This document shows, piece after piece, positions 37,794 through 51,633 of a DNA stretch of 64,000 nt (the stretch's first letter is position 1; every line of letters starts with the position of its first letter). This stretch comes from Carcharhinus amblyrhynchos (taxonomy: Eukaryota). The notes under the pieces are model-generated. The model ran no database searches. It saw nothing but the letters and a program-made list of their open reading frames with translations, and was not told the DNA's origin. The DNA lies in NCBI GenBank assembly GCA_965287045.1, contig OZ336872.1, positions 104,966,001-105,030,000 on the forward strand, given 5' to 3'. The position numbers and the translations under genes were made by a program.

Positions 37794-40700
37794 CTGAAGG
37801 TAGGGTTTAGTAAGTTCAGTTTAATATTGATAGCAGGTTTGATAATGAGATTTAAAAAGAACGTTCCAATTAGGATAATAATTTTAGATGCAAATAGTAG
37901 CTAAAATGGTTATTGGTGACAACTTTATTTTGTTGCATGATGATATGTTTATTGTGGAATTGTGTTGAGGAATCTAGTATTTTGTTTCCATTGGAAAGAA
38001 CTTAAGCAAGTGTAACAAAAACACTGTTGCAGAACCATGTTATCCGTTGGGAGCACTGTTACCACGGATGCATTATTTACTTCAATGCTAGAATTTTGCA
38101 ATGCCACTTCCACAATACCAACTATCCTTTACATTTTTTGTCCATTCAGTGATACAGTTTTACCACTGCTGATTATAATGTGCTGGCTAAATTTCCTCAC
38201 AGGACAGATTACTAAATAGCAAATCTCCTTTAATGAACAGGTACCATCTGGGCTTTACCGAGAAGTTAAATATCTGTGCGTTCAGAGGTAAACCAATTGT
38301 AACAGTTGTAGTAGACGCCTGTTAAACCACAGGCCTATAATTTTTTTATGGATGAGTCAGAAGATAAGAACAGCCTATAAAGATAATAGAAGAAAATTAC
38401 AAAACTCTTGTAAAATGTCTAGGTAACAGCAAACAGCTGTACTCTGGCCCTTGGGCCAAAAAATGGAAAATAGTCTAAGCAATTGTTACACTGATAAAAC
38501 AAGAATGCTTTCAGCACTCAAAGCAAATGTAACTCTTATTGTTTTTAATAACAGTTTGAACTATTGTTTTTATATAGCATAGTGAATATTAATTAGTTGC
38601 TTATAACTTTGGCTGCAGAAAAAGACCATGCAAAGTAGAAGATAAGGTGTATGTATTAATTAAACAGGGTAAAGTATGAGTCAAGGTTTCACAGGCTTTT
38701 TTTGCCTAGGGCTACCTTTGTGATCAAGAACTGGTTAGTGATTGTGCATTTCAGAAAACCAATGCCAAACTTAGACAGTAGTTTCTTTGTTACTGCACCT
38801 AGACCATCACCCATACCTAACCAAATTAAGGCGACTCATCCCTTTGCAACATTCTTTAACTTTCTGACTAGGTTCCAGGGTGTAGATTCAATTACTGCAG
38901 TTGTTTTTATGATCTTGCGGAATAAGTATATGTTAGTTTCGCTGGTTTACTGTAAATCCACTTCAGTCTGTTTATTTTAAATGCAAACATTTTGATTTGC
39001 TGACAAGAATTAGAAGCACTTAGTTGAATGTTACTTTCTAACCATTTTGCACCAGCAGGAGCCGGAATGAGGCTTCTGATACTTAGATTTATTTTATCTA
39101 TTTCCCAACTTGATATTACAATATAATCAAATAAATAATTTCAGAAAAGAGCTGTGTTGGACTTGCACTCGGTTTTAAATGTTAATTAATCACAGTATGT
39201 CATTTAGCAAGAATTCACATTGTACCATTGGCAACCGCAATTGTAATGTCTATGTGAAAAAATCCAGACAGACCATACCATGGTAATAAATCTACAGTAG
39301 ATTTATTTCATTCCAAAATGAATAAATTGGAAAAGAAGAAAGCCATGGTCTGTAAATTGTTCATTGTCTGTTTAATTATTCACACTTCTGCAGTGGCCAT
39401 AGGAGAACAGTTTAGCCCTATGTGCATTGACCGGGAGTGCTTAAGATTTATGAATGAATGGCTTATGGGGTGCATGGCTGTGGCAGGATGTAGCCTCGGA
39501 AATAAGAACTCATTAGGAAAATGAAAGTATATTATTTGGGTTATTAGTAAATCATGGGTAGAAAAGACATCTGATTGTATATTTTATGAGCAAAATAACT
39601 GATAATGCTCACTCAATTAAATTACAGTAAGGTAAAACATTACCAAAAGTTGCCCATCCCTTCTAATTTCAACATTCACCTATTGATCTATGCAGGCTGC
39701 TGACTAGGAGTGGTGAAAGGTACACTTTTTTCCATTCTTAGTAATTGATATCAGCATTAATTTGCCTTCGATCAGGCAGAGCAAATAATTTATTTTAGCA
39801 ACTTTTCCTGAGTGCTTTTTGCAACAGTATATAACACCAATCTCAGCAGTGTGAATTTTCCACTTTCAATGCCAGCCATCCCTAGAGTTTTTCTCAGTGA
39901 GACAGTGAACACATGGTGAATTTGGTTAAGATAATCCAGATTTCTTTCTATAATTGCCATCAGAAGGAGACACATATCATCAGCTAGAGTTGGATTCACA
40001 ACTGGATCCCAGGGATAAATCTGGTGTTGTGAAGCAATGGACCACCCATATACTGCATTATTTAAAATTTATGGCACTGAAGACACTAATATTTTAAACC
40101 AAGTGAAACTAGTTTGAATAAATTAGTGCCAGATAATTAAACTCCTTGTGTGCGCAAACAGAGCCAATTTGTTTTGAATTCAGGTATGCCCCACATATAC
40201 TGAAGCTTGACAAAGTTCATGTTCCAACACAGTGGTTTCATATATACATATAATTATGGTACAGGTTCTGATAAATAGCTGATTGTATTAGAGAAAAGCA
40301 TATCTTAGTGAAGGGAGGTTTTTTAAAATCAACTTTAGGAAATATCCAGTTTTTAATCAAACTCCAGGAAAAACCCAAAAGGGATCTAGGAGTCTGCTAC
40401 TTTTAACATGCTAAGACCTACTGCATGGCTTGACTATACTGTGATTTTCTTTCTTCTCAGATGAATTACTGCCTGCTGAGATGTTGCTCAAGTTCTCCTG
40501 AACTCTGCGGCATTTTCTTTCATTTGAGTCAAGGCTCACTGCAGATTGGCAGGCGAGAGACAAGCAGGGCAGCCTGTAGCTCATTAGCTGGTGAAATTAC
40601 CATTTTCACAGTTTTTTTTCCCCTCCGTGTAATTGTTCCTCAAGAATAGTTTTGTATAACTGACTGCACTCTGCATGCAGCAACTGAAGCAAGGGGCTGC

Positions 40701-41277
40701 TGTGTGTAAAAAAAAATAATTCTGTCTTGTGCAATTAACTATCAACTTTCTTTAGGAGGTGGACGATGCCACCATTGTTAACCCCTGTCAGATGCTTTTG
40801 TTCCAGGCCAGTGCATGCCTGAGTCCATTCTCAGAAGTCAATGTGCAATTTTTTTTCCCGGCCCATAGTTCTCTGTTGCCTTCATAGAAGTTCATGCCTT
40901 ATTGTATTCTGTTACGATACAAGCAAAATGTTAGAGTAGTAGAGGCCACACACAGAATGCTGTGTACATTCCCTCAATGCCCATCCTCAATACTTTTAAA
41001 CCGAATGCTCCTCCGATGCTTTTAGAATATTTTAACACACCAGGGGAATGTAATTCAAGTGTAAATCTGAGGGCATGATCATGAGTTCAACTAGATTTGA
41101 AATTGGTACTAGCTTTAATGGCTTTATCAAACCTATAGTTATGAAAAACACTTTAAACTAACCAGCGTAATGATAGAATTTTAATTGAAGAAAATCAACA
41201 AGCAGAAGCACTGACTGTGAACCCTTCTGAAAATAAAAATCACAATGTATTCGTAGAGCCTGTGATCGTGGGTAGAC

Positions 41278-41595
41278 AGGGTAGATTCAGAAAGAATGTT
41301 CCCAGTGATGGGGCAGTCCAGAGCTAGGGGTCATAGTTTGAGGATAAGGAGTAAACCTTTTAGAAATGAGCTGAGGAGAAATTTCTTCACGCAGAGGGTA
41401 GTTGAGGCCAAAACATTGTCTGATTTCAAGAAGAAATTAGATATAGCTCTCGGGGCCAAAGGGATCAAGGGATATGGAGGAGGAAGGAGGGATCAGGATA
41501 TTGAATCTGATGATAAGCCATGATCAAAATGAATGGCGGAGCAGACTTAAAGGGCTGAATGATCCACGCCTGCTTCTAGTTTCTATGTTTCCATG
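41278..41595 (+). mobile_element. CR1 LINE 3' fragment (same subfamily as 7619-8250)
   Basis: MFPVMGQSRARGHSLRIRSKPFRNELRRNFFTQRV; TTTCTATG tail. Confidence 0.88.
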
Positions 41596-42125
41596 AAAGT
41601 AATTTAATAAATTTGTCATATTATGAATACTGCATATTATGAGGTTTTATAAATATGCAGCAATATAAGTTAACACTAAACCTGATCTGAAACCTATTGT
41701 TTGATATATGGATTAGTCTGGCCCATGCTCAATATTTTTCAGGCTAATTTACAAACTAAGCCTGTCCCAAACTAATGTCAAGAAGTGTAGCTGCAGAATC
41801 TTCCTTTACTAGTATATACGAGGCAGTCACACACTGCGTGCCGACAGTGAGCTTGGCAAAGATTATGATCTTGCATTCACCTAGCTTAAAGTTTGAGTGG
41901 CAGAGATCATGTTCAGTAAGTGCATTGTGCCAATGTGCTGGCGTGTTCGCTGATCAAATATCAAAGGGTAGAAATAATAATACAAATATAGGGTCCAGGG
42001 GTAAAGTTAATCTCCACTTAGCACACCAAAATGATTTGAAAGCAAAATGTTTATTTTCCTCTCTTCAATTCTCTTACCAATTTTCTTCACATGGTGGAAG
42101 ACCCAGACCCATGGTAGAAGACCCA

Positions 42126-42430
42126 GGGCTGGTACCGTGGACAGTGGTTAGCACTGCTGTCTCATAGCGCCAGGAACCCAGGTTCGATTCCCGGCATGGG
42201 TCACTGTCTGTGTGGAGTTTGCACATTCTCCCCATGTCTGTTTGGGTTTCTCCGGGTGCTCCAGTTTCCTCCACAGTCTGAAAGACATGCTGGTTAGGTG
42301 CATTGGCCACGCTAAATTCTCCCTCAGTGTATCTGAATAGGAGTCAGAGTGTGACGACTTGGGGATTTTCACGGTAACTTCAATGTAGTGTTCATGTAAG
42401 CCTACTTGATACATGAATAATTAAACTTTA
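42126..42430 (+). mobile_element. V-SINE, tail type A
   Basis: CAGTGGTTAGCACTGCTG head, GGTTCGATTCCC B box, V-domain, type A tail. Confidence 0.88.
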
Positions 42431-42774
42431 AAAGACACTAGTGAACATGACCCTTCCCACAAATCTTATTAATATGCACATTTGCCAACAGTGTTACATG
42501 TTAGTAATTAATGGGAAGAAAACCTGCCTGTTTTCCTTCTAATTATTCTAAGGATGCTGAGACCATTCTGATCATGTTAACTGTCTTTCCAACTGAGATC
42601 AGCTAACTTGGAACATGTTGGAAATCAAACTTGGTACCTTCCTGGCTAAATACCACAGGAAGCAGTGAACCATTGAGACATTAGGGATGTTGAAGCAAAT
42701 GCTTTTGACTTCTTTGGCTTTAAGATCCTTTTCGCAATGATTAAAATCACTACTACCTGCCATCATTTGTTAAA

Positions 42775-43130
42775 ATAAAGACTTCATTTATACGCAGTTT
42801 TTCATGACTACTGGGCATTTCAAAGTGGTTTACAGCCAATTGAGTACTTTCTGAAGTGTTGTCACTGTTGCAGTGTAAGAAAAACTGCAGCCTATATTCA
42901 CTCAGCAAACTCCCAAGAACAGCAAAGCGATGATGGTCAGATAAGCCAGTTTTTGTAATGTTGATTGAGGGATGAATATTGGCCAGAACACAGGGGATAA
43001 CTCAACTGGTTTTCTTCAAAATAATGATGTGAGATCTCTCCTGTCCATCCAAGAAGACAGATAAGACCTTGGTTTAACTTCTCATTCAAAACACCACACC
43101 TCAGACATAGCAGTGCACCACTAGAGCATC
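42775..43130 (-). mobile_element. Deu-domain-type SINE (SacSINE1/AmnSINE1-like) with L2-like tail
   Basis: TGATTGAGGGATGAATATTGGCCAG.ACAC.GGGGA, CAGCCAAT.GAGTACTTT.TGAAGTGT.GTCACTGTTG and TTCAAAGTG.TTTACA motifs. Related, more decayed copies at about 53900-54290 and 56990-57275. Confidence 0.6.
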
Positions 43131-43276
43131 AATCGTGGCTTGTGTGACCTGATTCTGCCTGAAATATCTTAATTTGCAATGTTACTCTACCTCCAGTAAT
43201 GAAAAATACATGTCCTGTACGACATATCGGTTATATATGTACATCTGTTCTGTATCAAAAAACATACACAATAACA

Positions 43277-43488
43277 ATCATAGAATCCTTACAGTGCAGA
43301 AGGAGGCCACACAGCCCATTGAGTTTACACCAGCACTCCAACAGAGCACCTTACTCAGTCCCAAACCCCCTGCCCTATCCCTATAATTCCACATACTTAC
43401 CCCACTAATCACCCTAACCTACACATCTTGGGACATTAAGGGACAACTTAGCATGGCCAATCCATCTAACCTGCACATTTTTGGACTG
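43277..43488 (-). mobile_element. 5'-truncated V-SINE, tail type B
   Basis: TCATAGAATCCTTACAGTGCAGAAGGAGGCC...TTAGCATGGCCAATCCA.CTAACCTGCAC. Confidence 0.8.
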
Positions 43489-44203
43489 AATACTTGAAAC
43501 ATCCAATATATTCAAGTTAAAATGCCCTACAAAATATTTTGGAATAATTCTAAAGGGGAAAGAACATTGCCAAAAACATTTTTATTGAATCATTTTTCCA
43601 AAACAGCCAGTTAATTCAACATGCATTCAACGTACTGTTACCATAACCGATATTTTAAATTTAAACTCACATTTATAGAATTGTAGAAATGAAATATATT
43701 GAAAAGAGAGAAAATGTCTCGCAGAAGCCTTTATTTTCAAAATAATAAGACCAAAATGCAATCACATGACTTTATGTGGAGAAAGGTTCAAAGTAGACCA
43801 GCTCCCGTGCACTGAACCATGCAGTAACAATGTTTCATTAATGTTACTCAGTATGGGACTGGCTACTTGCAACACTTCTCATGCACTGCTGCATAACTCT
43901 GGCTGGATTGTAACAGCGTGAATGTAAAATATATCAACACCCGGCAAACACGCTGGATTTTCTGTCTGGGCTCATGGGCAAAGAGCCTCTTGTTGCATAG
44001 ATCAGAAAGTGGATATGGCACTGCAGCATACTAGTTGGCAGCAGTGAACTCCATCTTGGGATTTAAGCCAGTTGGTGAGCTGTCACCCTAATTCCCTCAC
44101 ACATACACACATGCACACACAGTATACAAATAGGAAAAGAGGATTTCTTAACCACATGAATGTGCCCTCTTACACTTTGGGCACCTTCAACATTTTTCAA
44201 TGG

Positions 44204-44345
44204 ACATAAGAACATAAGAAATAGGAGCAGGAGTAGGCCATCTGGCCCTTCGAGCCTGCCCCGCCATTCAATAAGATCATGGCTGATGTGTCGTGGCTCA
44301 GTTCCACATTCCCGCCCTCTCCCCATAACCCTTAATCCCCTCTCA
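44204..44345 (-). mobile_element. CR1 3' tail (same subfamily as 37243 and 61630)
   Basis: ACATAAGAACATAAGAAATAGGAGCAGGAGTAGGCCATCT.GCCCTTCGAGCCTGCCCCGCCATTCAATAAG. Confidence 0.88.
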
Positions 44346-46139
44346 TTTAAGTAATATTAGTGATCACTTAAGTGATACTAGAAAGTGATACTTGAAATTG
44401 TAGATAATCACTGGCCACCCGAAATAAGAGCTTAGTGCCATGAGCACCTGCCAGTCAAGGGACCATCTCCTGATCCGGTTCTCTCTGGTCACTGGGATAT
44501 TAGGACATTCCTGATCTTTCTCTGTAATCTGCTGCTCCATGCTGCCCCTTGAAAGCCTTGCTATCTGTCATTGTAGGGGAACGGTGAGACTGGTGTGCGT
44601 GAAAGGTGATATTGTCAGTGGAGAGCTTGAGGGTTGAGATGCTGCATTTTGGTGGAGAGCTCGAGGAGGACATGTTGCATTTTGGGGGGGGAGGTGTTGC
44701 TGCAGTCGGGGGAGTGGTTGGGAGTGGGAAGTTGGTATATCTAGTTGGCTAGAGAAATTGCAATACAACTGGTGGGTTCATGGTAAAGTCCAATCCTAAT
44801 GAGTAATAATAAAATAAAACAAATTCCATGATTAAAATCATGAAATAATCTGTTTTTTGTTGTTGTTGTGATATGGAATCTTGCCAGTGTATTAGATCAC
44901 ATAAATACTGCATTTATTGTCATGAGCCAATTAAAATCAGGTTTACCTTTCAACACTTGCAAACTCCATTGAAATTGTCGCTTATACAACTCTTGCAATT
45001 TTGCTTCTGCACAAAAAGAGCATTTTAAAAACGAGACAATGAACATGCTCCTCAAATGGATTTTCATGAAGAGAACTTGCCTAATCATATGAAGAGACAG
45101 TACAAAATAAAAGTTAGAGGTGCAGGATAGGGAGGCTGGAGACTGTGAGAGAAATACAGGTGGGGGAACGAGCTGGTGGGGACAGAGGGATGAGAGAGGG
45201 TTTTTACTGGTATTTGTAAAATTAGCAACAGCTGAACTGGTTCCAGCTGAAGTCGGCTGCAAAATATTGGTGCCCCAACTTGCCAGCTGGGAGACCCTGC
45301 TGGATTTTTGATGAGTCCAGTAGAATTACAAGTTAAGAGGCACCAACTGTGTGACTCAGAGTCATCAGTGTAATCCAGCTGACGCCAGTTTCTGCCAGTT
45401 CAAGCCAGATCTGGTCTGAAGTTACTTTTCGTTCTGGGAGGCCAGTGGCAGAAGGGCATATTCGACCTTTTACTCTAGGATGCGTTCCCTCGACCCATGA
45501 ATGTTTGGGCCCGGTATTCTTATCTGCATGGAAACAAGAGCTGCTTCATTCTTTACCTCGACCCTCAAAAGAGTTCTTCCTATCACTGTGCATTTCAAAG
45601 ACTAGCTTTAAGACTGTTATAACAACTAGGAGCAGTATACCCAGAATTAGTAATTTGCATTATTAGCAGACAAATGCATGGCCTGCCTCTGTTAATTTAA
45701 TATAAGCATTCACCTGCAGGCATCCATCTACCAGGTTTTAAATAGGTCAGTGCCTCTGTTAAAGTGGCAGGGTGAAGAATGTCTTATGGGCTTGTGAAGT
45801 GTGGCGTGTTAATATTGGCATTTCTAGGACTAAAGAGTCTAAGAAATAATGGGATAAGTGTGTGCCCCAGTTCTCGAAGTATATCCTCAGCAGATGACAG
45901 GCTGCTAGGCATACGGCGGATGAAAATTTACCCCTGTGGATTCGAATTAGCTTGTTGTCACAGCTGGCTGGACACAGAGAGACGGAGAGATTGGATTCAA
46001 GTTCAATTTCCAATGTGGTAGATTTCCAGTCTTTCTGGAACATCTGGGGACCCAAACACCAACACTTTCCTCACCTCCCCCCCCATTCCCCCATCCCACC
46101 TCATCAGAAAATTTAAGAAATAAAGCACTCGTTAAGTAA

Positions 46140-46345
46140 AAATGAAAATACTGGAAATCTGAAACCAGAAAACAGAAGATCGTAACATATAATAGGATGG
46201 TCGGCATCTGTGAGAAAATCAGACTATCTACACTTCTGGTTCATATCCATTAGAGCTTTGATGAAGGGTATGACCTAAAATATCAGTGGTTCTTTCCACA
46301 GATGCTGATTGACCTTGCTGTGAGTTTCCAGGTATTCCTCTGCCA
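46140..46345. mobile_element. Penelope-like element remnant (related pieces at about 21300-21365, 56890-56975, 59412-59730)
   Basis: CTGGAAATCTGAAA..AAAACAGAA and CACAGATGCTG..TGACC.TGCTG.GAGTTTCCAG motifs; TGATGAAGGG hammerhead-like core remnant. Confidence 0.5.
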
Positions 46346-48618
46346 CTTGGAAATCAATATCTTTGCCTAGTTAACCTATGAGTACTCTGTTCAGATAGAG
46401 GACATGTCTGTCAATATCTCATTCATTTTTGGCCATTCAGTTTCTGTATTTTTTTGTACTTTAGTGGTACAACCCCAGCCTCAAGTGTGTATCAGTGTCT
46501 TAGTCATTACAGTCTGAATGCACTGCTCGGTTATGATCCTTAGCCTGTCACTTGCTAAACAATATCGGGGGTAATTCTTTTGCTGCATGTCTTGTTAGAT
46601 TTAATCAGAGAAGGCTACTCAATTACTGTATGACAAAGGAATTTACATAACTTTAGTTGCAAAGTAAATCTATGAAGATGTGGTGCATTTTATAAGTGAT
46701 CATACTAATTCAATCTGTTAACATCTGGAAGATGTTGCTGGGGTTTATGAAAGGTCTGGATGTCTCTACTCTAATTCTATCTGTTCTTATAAAGTGATGC
46801 TAAACAATATAATTAATACAACTTATCTACATCATAAATAGCTGAGCACGACTTATGGGCCTTCAAATTATAACCCCATTAGGTTTGAGGTGTAAAATTT
46901 CACCCAAACTTATGCATGACATGTGAGTTAAAAAATCTGCTTTAATTCTATCAGCAACTATTCTGTGGAGAATATTTGTCAAGCCCTTCATAAATTAGAG
47001 CACATAGTTGTGAGCTATCTTTTACACAAGTCTCATTATATTTTTGCTTGAATTTTCAACCTTCTCATGCCTTTGCAGACACATGGTAAGTATAATCAAG
47101 AGTCAGGGATCATTTCATCACCTCTGATGAAGATAAATGACTTCCAGTACAGGAACTGAACCTTGTCACAAACCATTTGCATAAAATGGCACACTTGGGT
47201 TTTACATAAATCTGTAGGGAATAAGATGAAAACCGCAAGACAGCTCCTTGCAGGACGTGCATAGCTCCGTTTTTTTTTTCAAGTCTTTCACAGTTTTCGG
47301 TACATTAGCCAAAGCCCAGTTGTGTCACAGCAACAGTGTAGGAATGTCTGCATCATGTTTGACCCAGAGTATTCACTAAAGTGGTTCTGACTAAAATCTT
47401 ACCATTTTAAAAGAAATTCTCGCAAGCCTACCTCTTGAATGGGCTACTGTGCACTTTATAACAAAACATGCTCTGCACATGCCTCCATGTGTTGTGTGAG
47501 GTATGCAGAGTAGCAAGATAAAGTCAAAGATAAATTTGAAAATTATGCAGAGCAGATTAGGGGAACAGATATTGCAGAGAAGCTTTGGAGCACACAAACA
47601 ATCTGTTTAAACATTTCTGAATTGAAATAAATTGAAAGATAACTGAAGGAGGATGTGAAAGCAAAAAGGGCGACAAAACTATTTAATCTACATCTGTGAA
47701 AAAAGAAAGTAACAAGTGAGGAGACAGTCAGAGGCATAGCCATAACAATTCAAAAAACATAGATGTGCTGAATTGTAAAACACCAATTAAAGCAGAATGT
47801 AACTTTGTGGATCACAGATTTCTGGCAGCAATGAGCAATGAGAATCTATGACCACTTGTCCAATTCTGTTTCCCCATCCCCCCCTCTCTTAAACATTGCC
47901 CACAATACCTATTATTGTAGTGCGCCTTTAAGGAATATCAGCACATCATTAGAAGGGAAGTGTGCCATGGGATCCAGTTTTAATTTCACTTTTGCTTTTG
48001 AGCAGAACACATACCATTGCTATTAAACTCGTTTAGCTTTCTACCTTTGCATTACTGTTCCTATCTGTCTAGTCTAAATAAATGAACCTGCAACATGCTT
48101 ACACAATCCCTTATGTGTGACTGATGTTTATATGGTCACAACAACATGGCATGGTGCTCAGTGATGGTGAAATAGTCTTGCAACAATATTAAGAACAGGA
48201 ATGAATGGTGAACAGCCTTGGATCATGCTACATGGCGTGGGGTGACCCTCAACATAAAATGGCACACTTGGGTTTTACATAAATCTGTAGGGAATAAGAT
48301 GAAGACTGCAGCAGAGTCGGAGAATGTTGAAATTGCAGCGTGATGATTGCACAAAAAAGCTTTGAAGACACGGTGCCAGGATAGTGCTCCGATAAAGAGC
48401 TGGTAAGCAGATGGATCCATCATGGTCAGATTGCAGTGCGTAGCCTGTCAGTTTAGTGAATGCGATAGTGTATCGAGAGGACTAACACAGGGTTAGCTTC
48501 ATCAAGAAAGGTGAATAACCAAGGTGTGGGGCAGATCAATAGTAAGCCAGGAAGAGTCAAACAATGCCCCCCCACCCCACCTCCCCGAAACAACCATTAT
48601 TAAAATCTGGCCAAGTAA

Positions 48619-48755
48619 GGGTCAGGATTCTCTGATCTTGTTTGCTCTGCCACTGTTGCCAGCAAGAATAAAGATGTTGGCGCTCAGCCAAAACTCCATT
48701 CAGTGCAGCCGGACTAGAGAATACCAACCACAGAAGTGTCGGACAATTCTGGCCA
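48619..48755. mobile_element. About 135-bp MITE, family X (reverse orientation)
   Basis: GGGTCAGGATTCTC...GGACAATTCTGGCC termini; internal TTGGCGCTCAGCCAAA. Confidence 0.65.
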
Positions 48756-49029
48756 AGGTTGTGATTATAACTCGTGTAGCTTCAAAAAAGCACACGAAAG
48801 CAGCTACAGCAACATTCATCCCAGGTACAATAGAATAAGGGAGAACAAAAGAATATTGTCAAAATGTCATCAAAATTTCCTAATTTGAGTTGGGATACAG
48901 GTGACCCACAATCTAAAATCAATGTTTATACAGCGTTCAGAGCAATGGTTTCTTAATTCAGGCATGCCTGAACCAGGTAAGCAAGCCATAAAACATTGCC
49001 TTGCAATTGGGAATTAAGGGCTACAGAGG

Positions 49030-49172
49030 ACCATAAAATAGGAATAGATGTAGGCCATTCAGCCCCTCTGCCATTCAGTGACAAAATGTTTGAACTGATA
49101 TGATAATCCTCAAATCCACTATCCTGCCTTCATCCCCTTACTGATTAAAAATCTGCTTATCTCAATCTTGAA
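49030..49172 (-). mobile_element. CR1 3' tail nested in the Gypsy element
   Basis: CCATAAAATAGGAATAGATGTAGGCCATTCAGCCC... Confidence 0.7.
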
Positions 49173-50979
49173 TTTTTTTTACATTCAATGAATAATAACA
49201 TTCATGAACATGTGAAACTGTTCTGGTCTTACTGGGATGAGTTGTATCTCCGAGGGAGTATTTTTTAAAGGCATCCAGATCATCATTCCAGAATCGTTGT
49301 AACCTGATAGTCTTCAAAAACTTCATCACTCACATATGGGAATAGATTGGACAGGATGACTAGCAGGACTGACATTCTATTGGCCGGGAATGAATGATGA
49401 CATTGAAGTAAGAATAAAAAAGTGTGAGGCATGTCAAGAGCATATGGCAAATCAGCACAAAGCACCATTGATTCCATATAAAGTTTCTCCCATCATTGGT
49501 CGAAAATCGCATCTGGAATCTTTTATGTCTATGGTACTGACTTAATCATTAACTGCTTTGTCAAGTATTCCATTATTCAAAAAATACAGAATACATCAAA
49601 CACAACTGTTGCACACTCTAAGTGCTAGTTTCAGATTATTTAATACATCTAGAGTGACAATTACGGATAATGGTTTGTGTTTTATTGGGAAGCCATTTCA
49701 AGATGTGTGTCAGAAGTGGAATATCGATCACACCACGTCTTCTTTTTGTTATCCTAGATCTAATGGCTGAGTTGAAAGAACGATACACATGGTGAAATTC
49801 CTAATTCTCAAATGTATATAGAATAAGCAAGATCGACACATTGCAATGTTAAATCTGAGAGCAGTACCTTTAAGTGGCACCATTCCATTACCAGCAGAGC
49901 TCATGTTTGGCAGACCAGTGTGAAACAGTTTACGTACACTTAAACATTCTACTCTCTCCAGAAACTAGAGAACAACATTTCAATCTGCAAATGAAGTTAG
50001 CCAAGAGTAAAAATATGGGTACAGAATTGCCAAAGCTACAATTGGGACAACAAGTCTGCAGCCAAGATCCCACAGAAAATATGAGGGTACCAACTGTGGT
50101 GACAATGATTTGTTCAGAACCACATTGCTATAACGTCATTACACACAAAGGTGCAATGTTGAGTCATGAAACAGACAAACCAGATTCATTCCAGCTCTTT
50201 AACTGGCATACAGTCTGAATGCATTTTGGACAAGAAACCAAATGCATCCAGGATCAATATCGAAGAATGATAATCCCACAGATCACTGAGAGTAATTTTT
50301 TAAAAAATCTACAGAAAACTGTTGCAAGATCTCAGTGCATCAGCAGATTACCTCTACACTTTAGAGACTCATTAATTTATTCGTTCTCTCCACTTACGTA
50401 ATGGTAACTAAACATGAACATGTATTGTAAATAGTTATTTGTCTATGAGAGGGGCAATGTGCTTACAAAGAAAGGGGGGTACTGTACTTTGCGCTGAAGG
50501 GATAGCAGCATGACATCACTAGAAAGGAAGTGTCATGTGATTCAGTCTTAGTTTCAATTTTGCTTTTGAACAGAGCACAGACACACAGATCTGCTGCTTC
50601 AAACTGCCTACCTTTGTATAAATGTTCCCACGTGCTTACACTAAATAAATGAACCCATTTTCACAATCTCTTTTGAGTGAGTGGTGTCGATATCAATATA
50701 ACAACAAATTGAATTTACATCTCAGGAGTAAGAAATGAGAAGACAGCCAGGGGCATTGCTATATCGCTTCACAAAAACATTGTAGATCTGCTGAGTTGAA
50801 TTGTAAAACAACAATTAAAAGCAGAGTATGATTTTGTGCATTACAATTACAGCTTTCTGACGTCAATGGGAATCTACAACCACCTCTCCAATTCTGTTTT
50901 CTTCCCTTCTTAACCATTCCCCAAAATAGTCATCCTCTTCAGTAATGAATGCCATCAGCAAGATCACCATTCTGATTCT

Positions 50980-51292
50980 GGCATGGTGGCACAGTGGTTA
51001 GCGTTGCTGCCTTGCAGCACATTGGGTGCTGGGTTCAACTCTGGCCTCTAATGACTATCCGTGAGAAGTTTGCATATTCTCCCAGTTGCTCTTCTCCGGG
51101 TGCTCTGGTTTCCTCCCACAGTCCAAAGATGTGCAGGTTAGATGGAATGGCCATGTTAAATTATCCCTTACTGTCAGGGGACCAGCTTGGGTAAATGAAT
51201 GGGGTTGTGTGGATAGGGCCTGGATACGATTGTGGTCAGTGCAGACTCGATGGGCCGAATGGCCTCCTTCTGCACTGTCGGATTCTATGATT
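50980..51292 (+). mobile_element. V-SINE (HE1) with CR1-type tail B
   Basis: Head, V-domain and tail GATGGGCCGAATGGCCTCCTTCTGCACTG..GGATTCTATGA. Confidence 0.88.
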
Positions 51293-51324
51293 AGTCTAGA
51301 AAACTAGTTTGCAAAATTGTGAGA

Positions 51325-51633
51325 AGCAGTGATGGGATGGATAGTCAGAGGCTTTTTCCCAGGGTGGAAGGGTTGAGAACAAGAGAACACATGTTTAAGG
51401 TGAGAGATGGCAAGTTTAGGGGAGACATGGGGGGAAAGTTTTTCACACAGAGTAGTGGGTGCCTGGAACACACTGCAAGTTCAGCTGGTGGAAGAAGGCA
51501 TGTTAGCAATGTTCAAAGTGTATTTTGATAGATACGTAAACAGGAGGCGAACAGAATGATAGAAACCATGTTTCAGCCTCGGCTTGGTGGGCCGAAGGAT
51601 CTGTTCTTATGCTGCATTGTTCTTTGTTCTTTG
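51325..51633 (+). mobile_element. CR1 LINE 3' fragment (another subfamily)
   Basis: DSQRLFPRVEGLRTREHMFKVRDGKFRGDMGGKFFTQ; (TTCTTTG)n tail. Confidence 0.85.

Larger units (their letters stand above)
48310..50706 (+). mobile_element. Decayed Gypsy LTR retrotransposon: integrase remnant, polypurine tract and 3' LTR; carries a nested MITE and CR1 tail
   Basis: ITDNGLCFIGKPFQDVCQKWNIDHTTSSFCYPRSNG*VER (integrase core). PPT AAAGAAAGGGGGG at 50467-50479. LTR about 50483-50706 with TATAAA, AATAAA and terminal ACAACA. 5' boundary uncertain. Confidence 0.8.
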
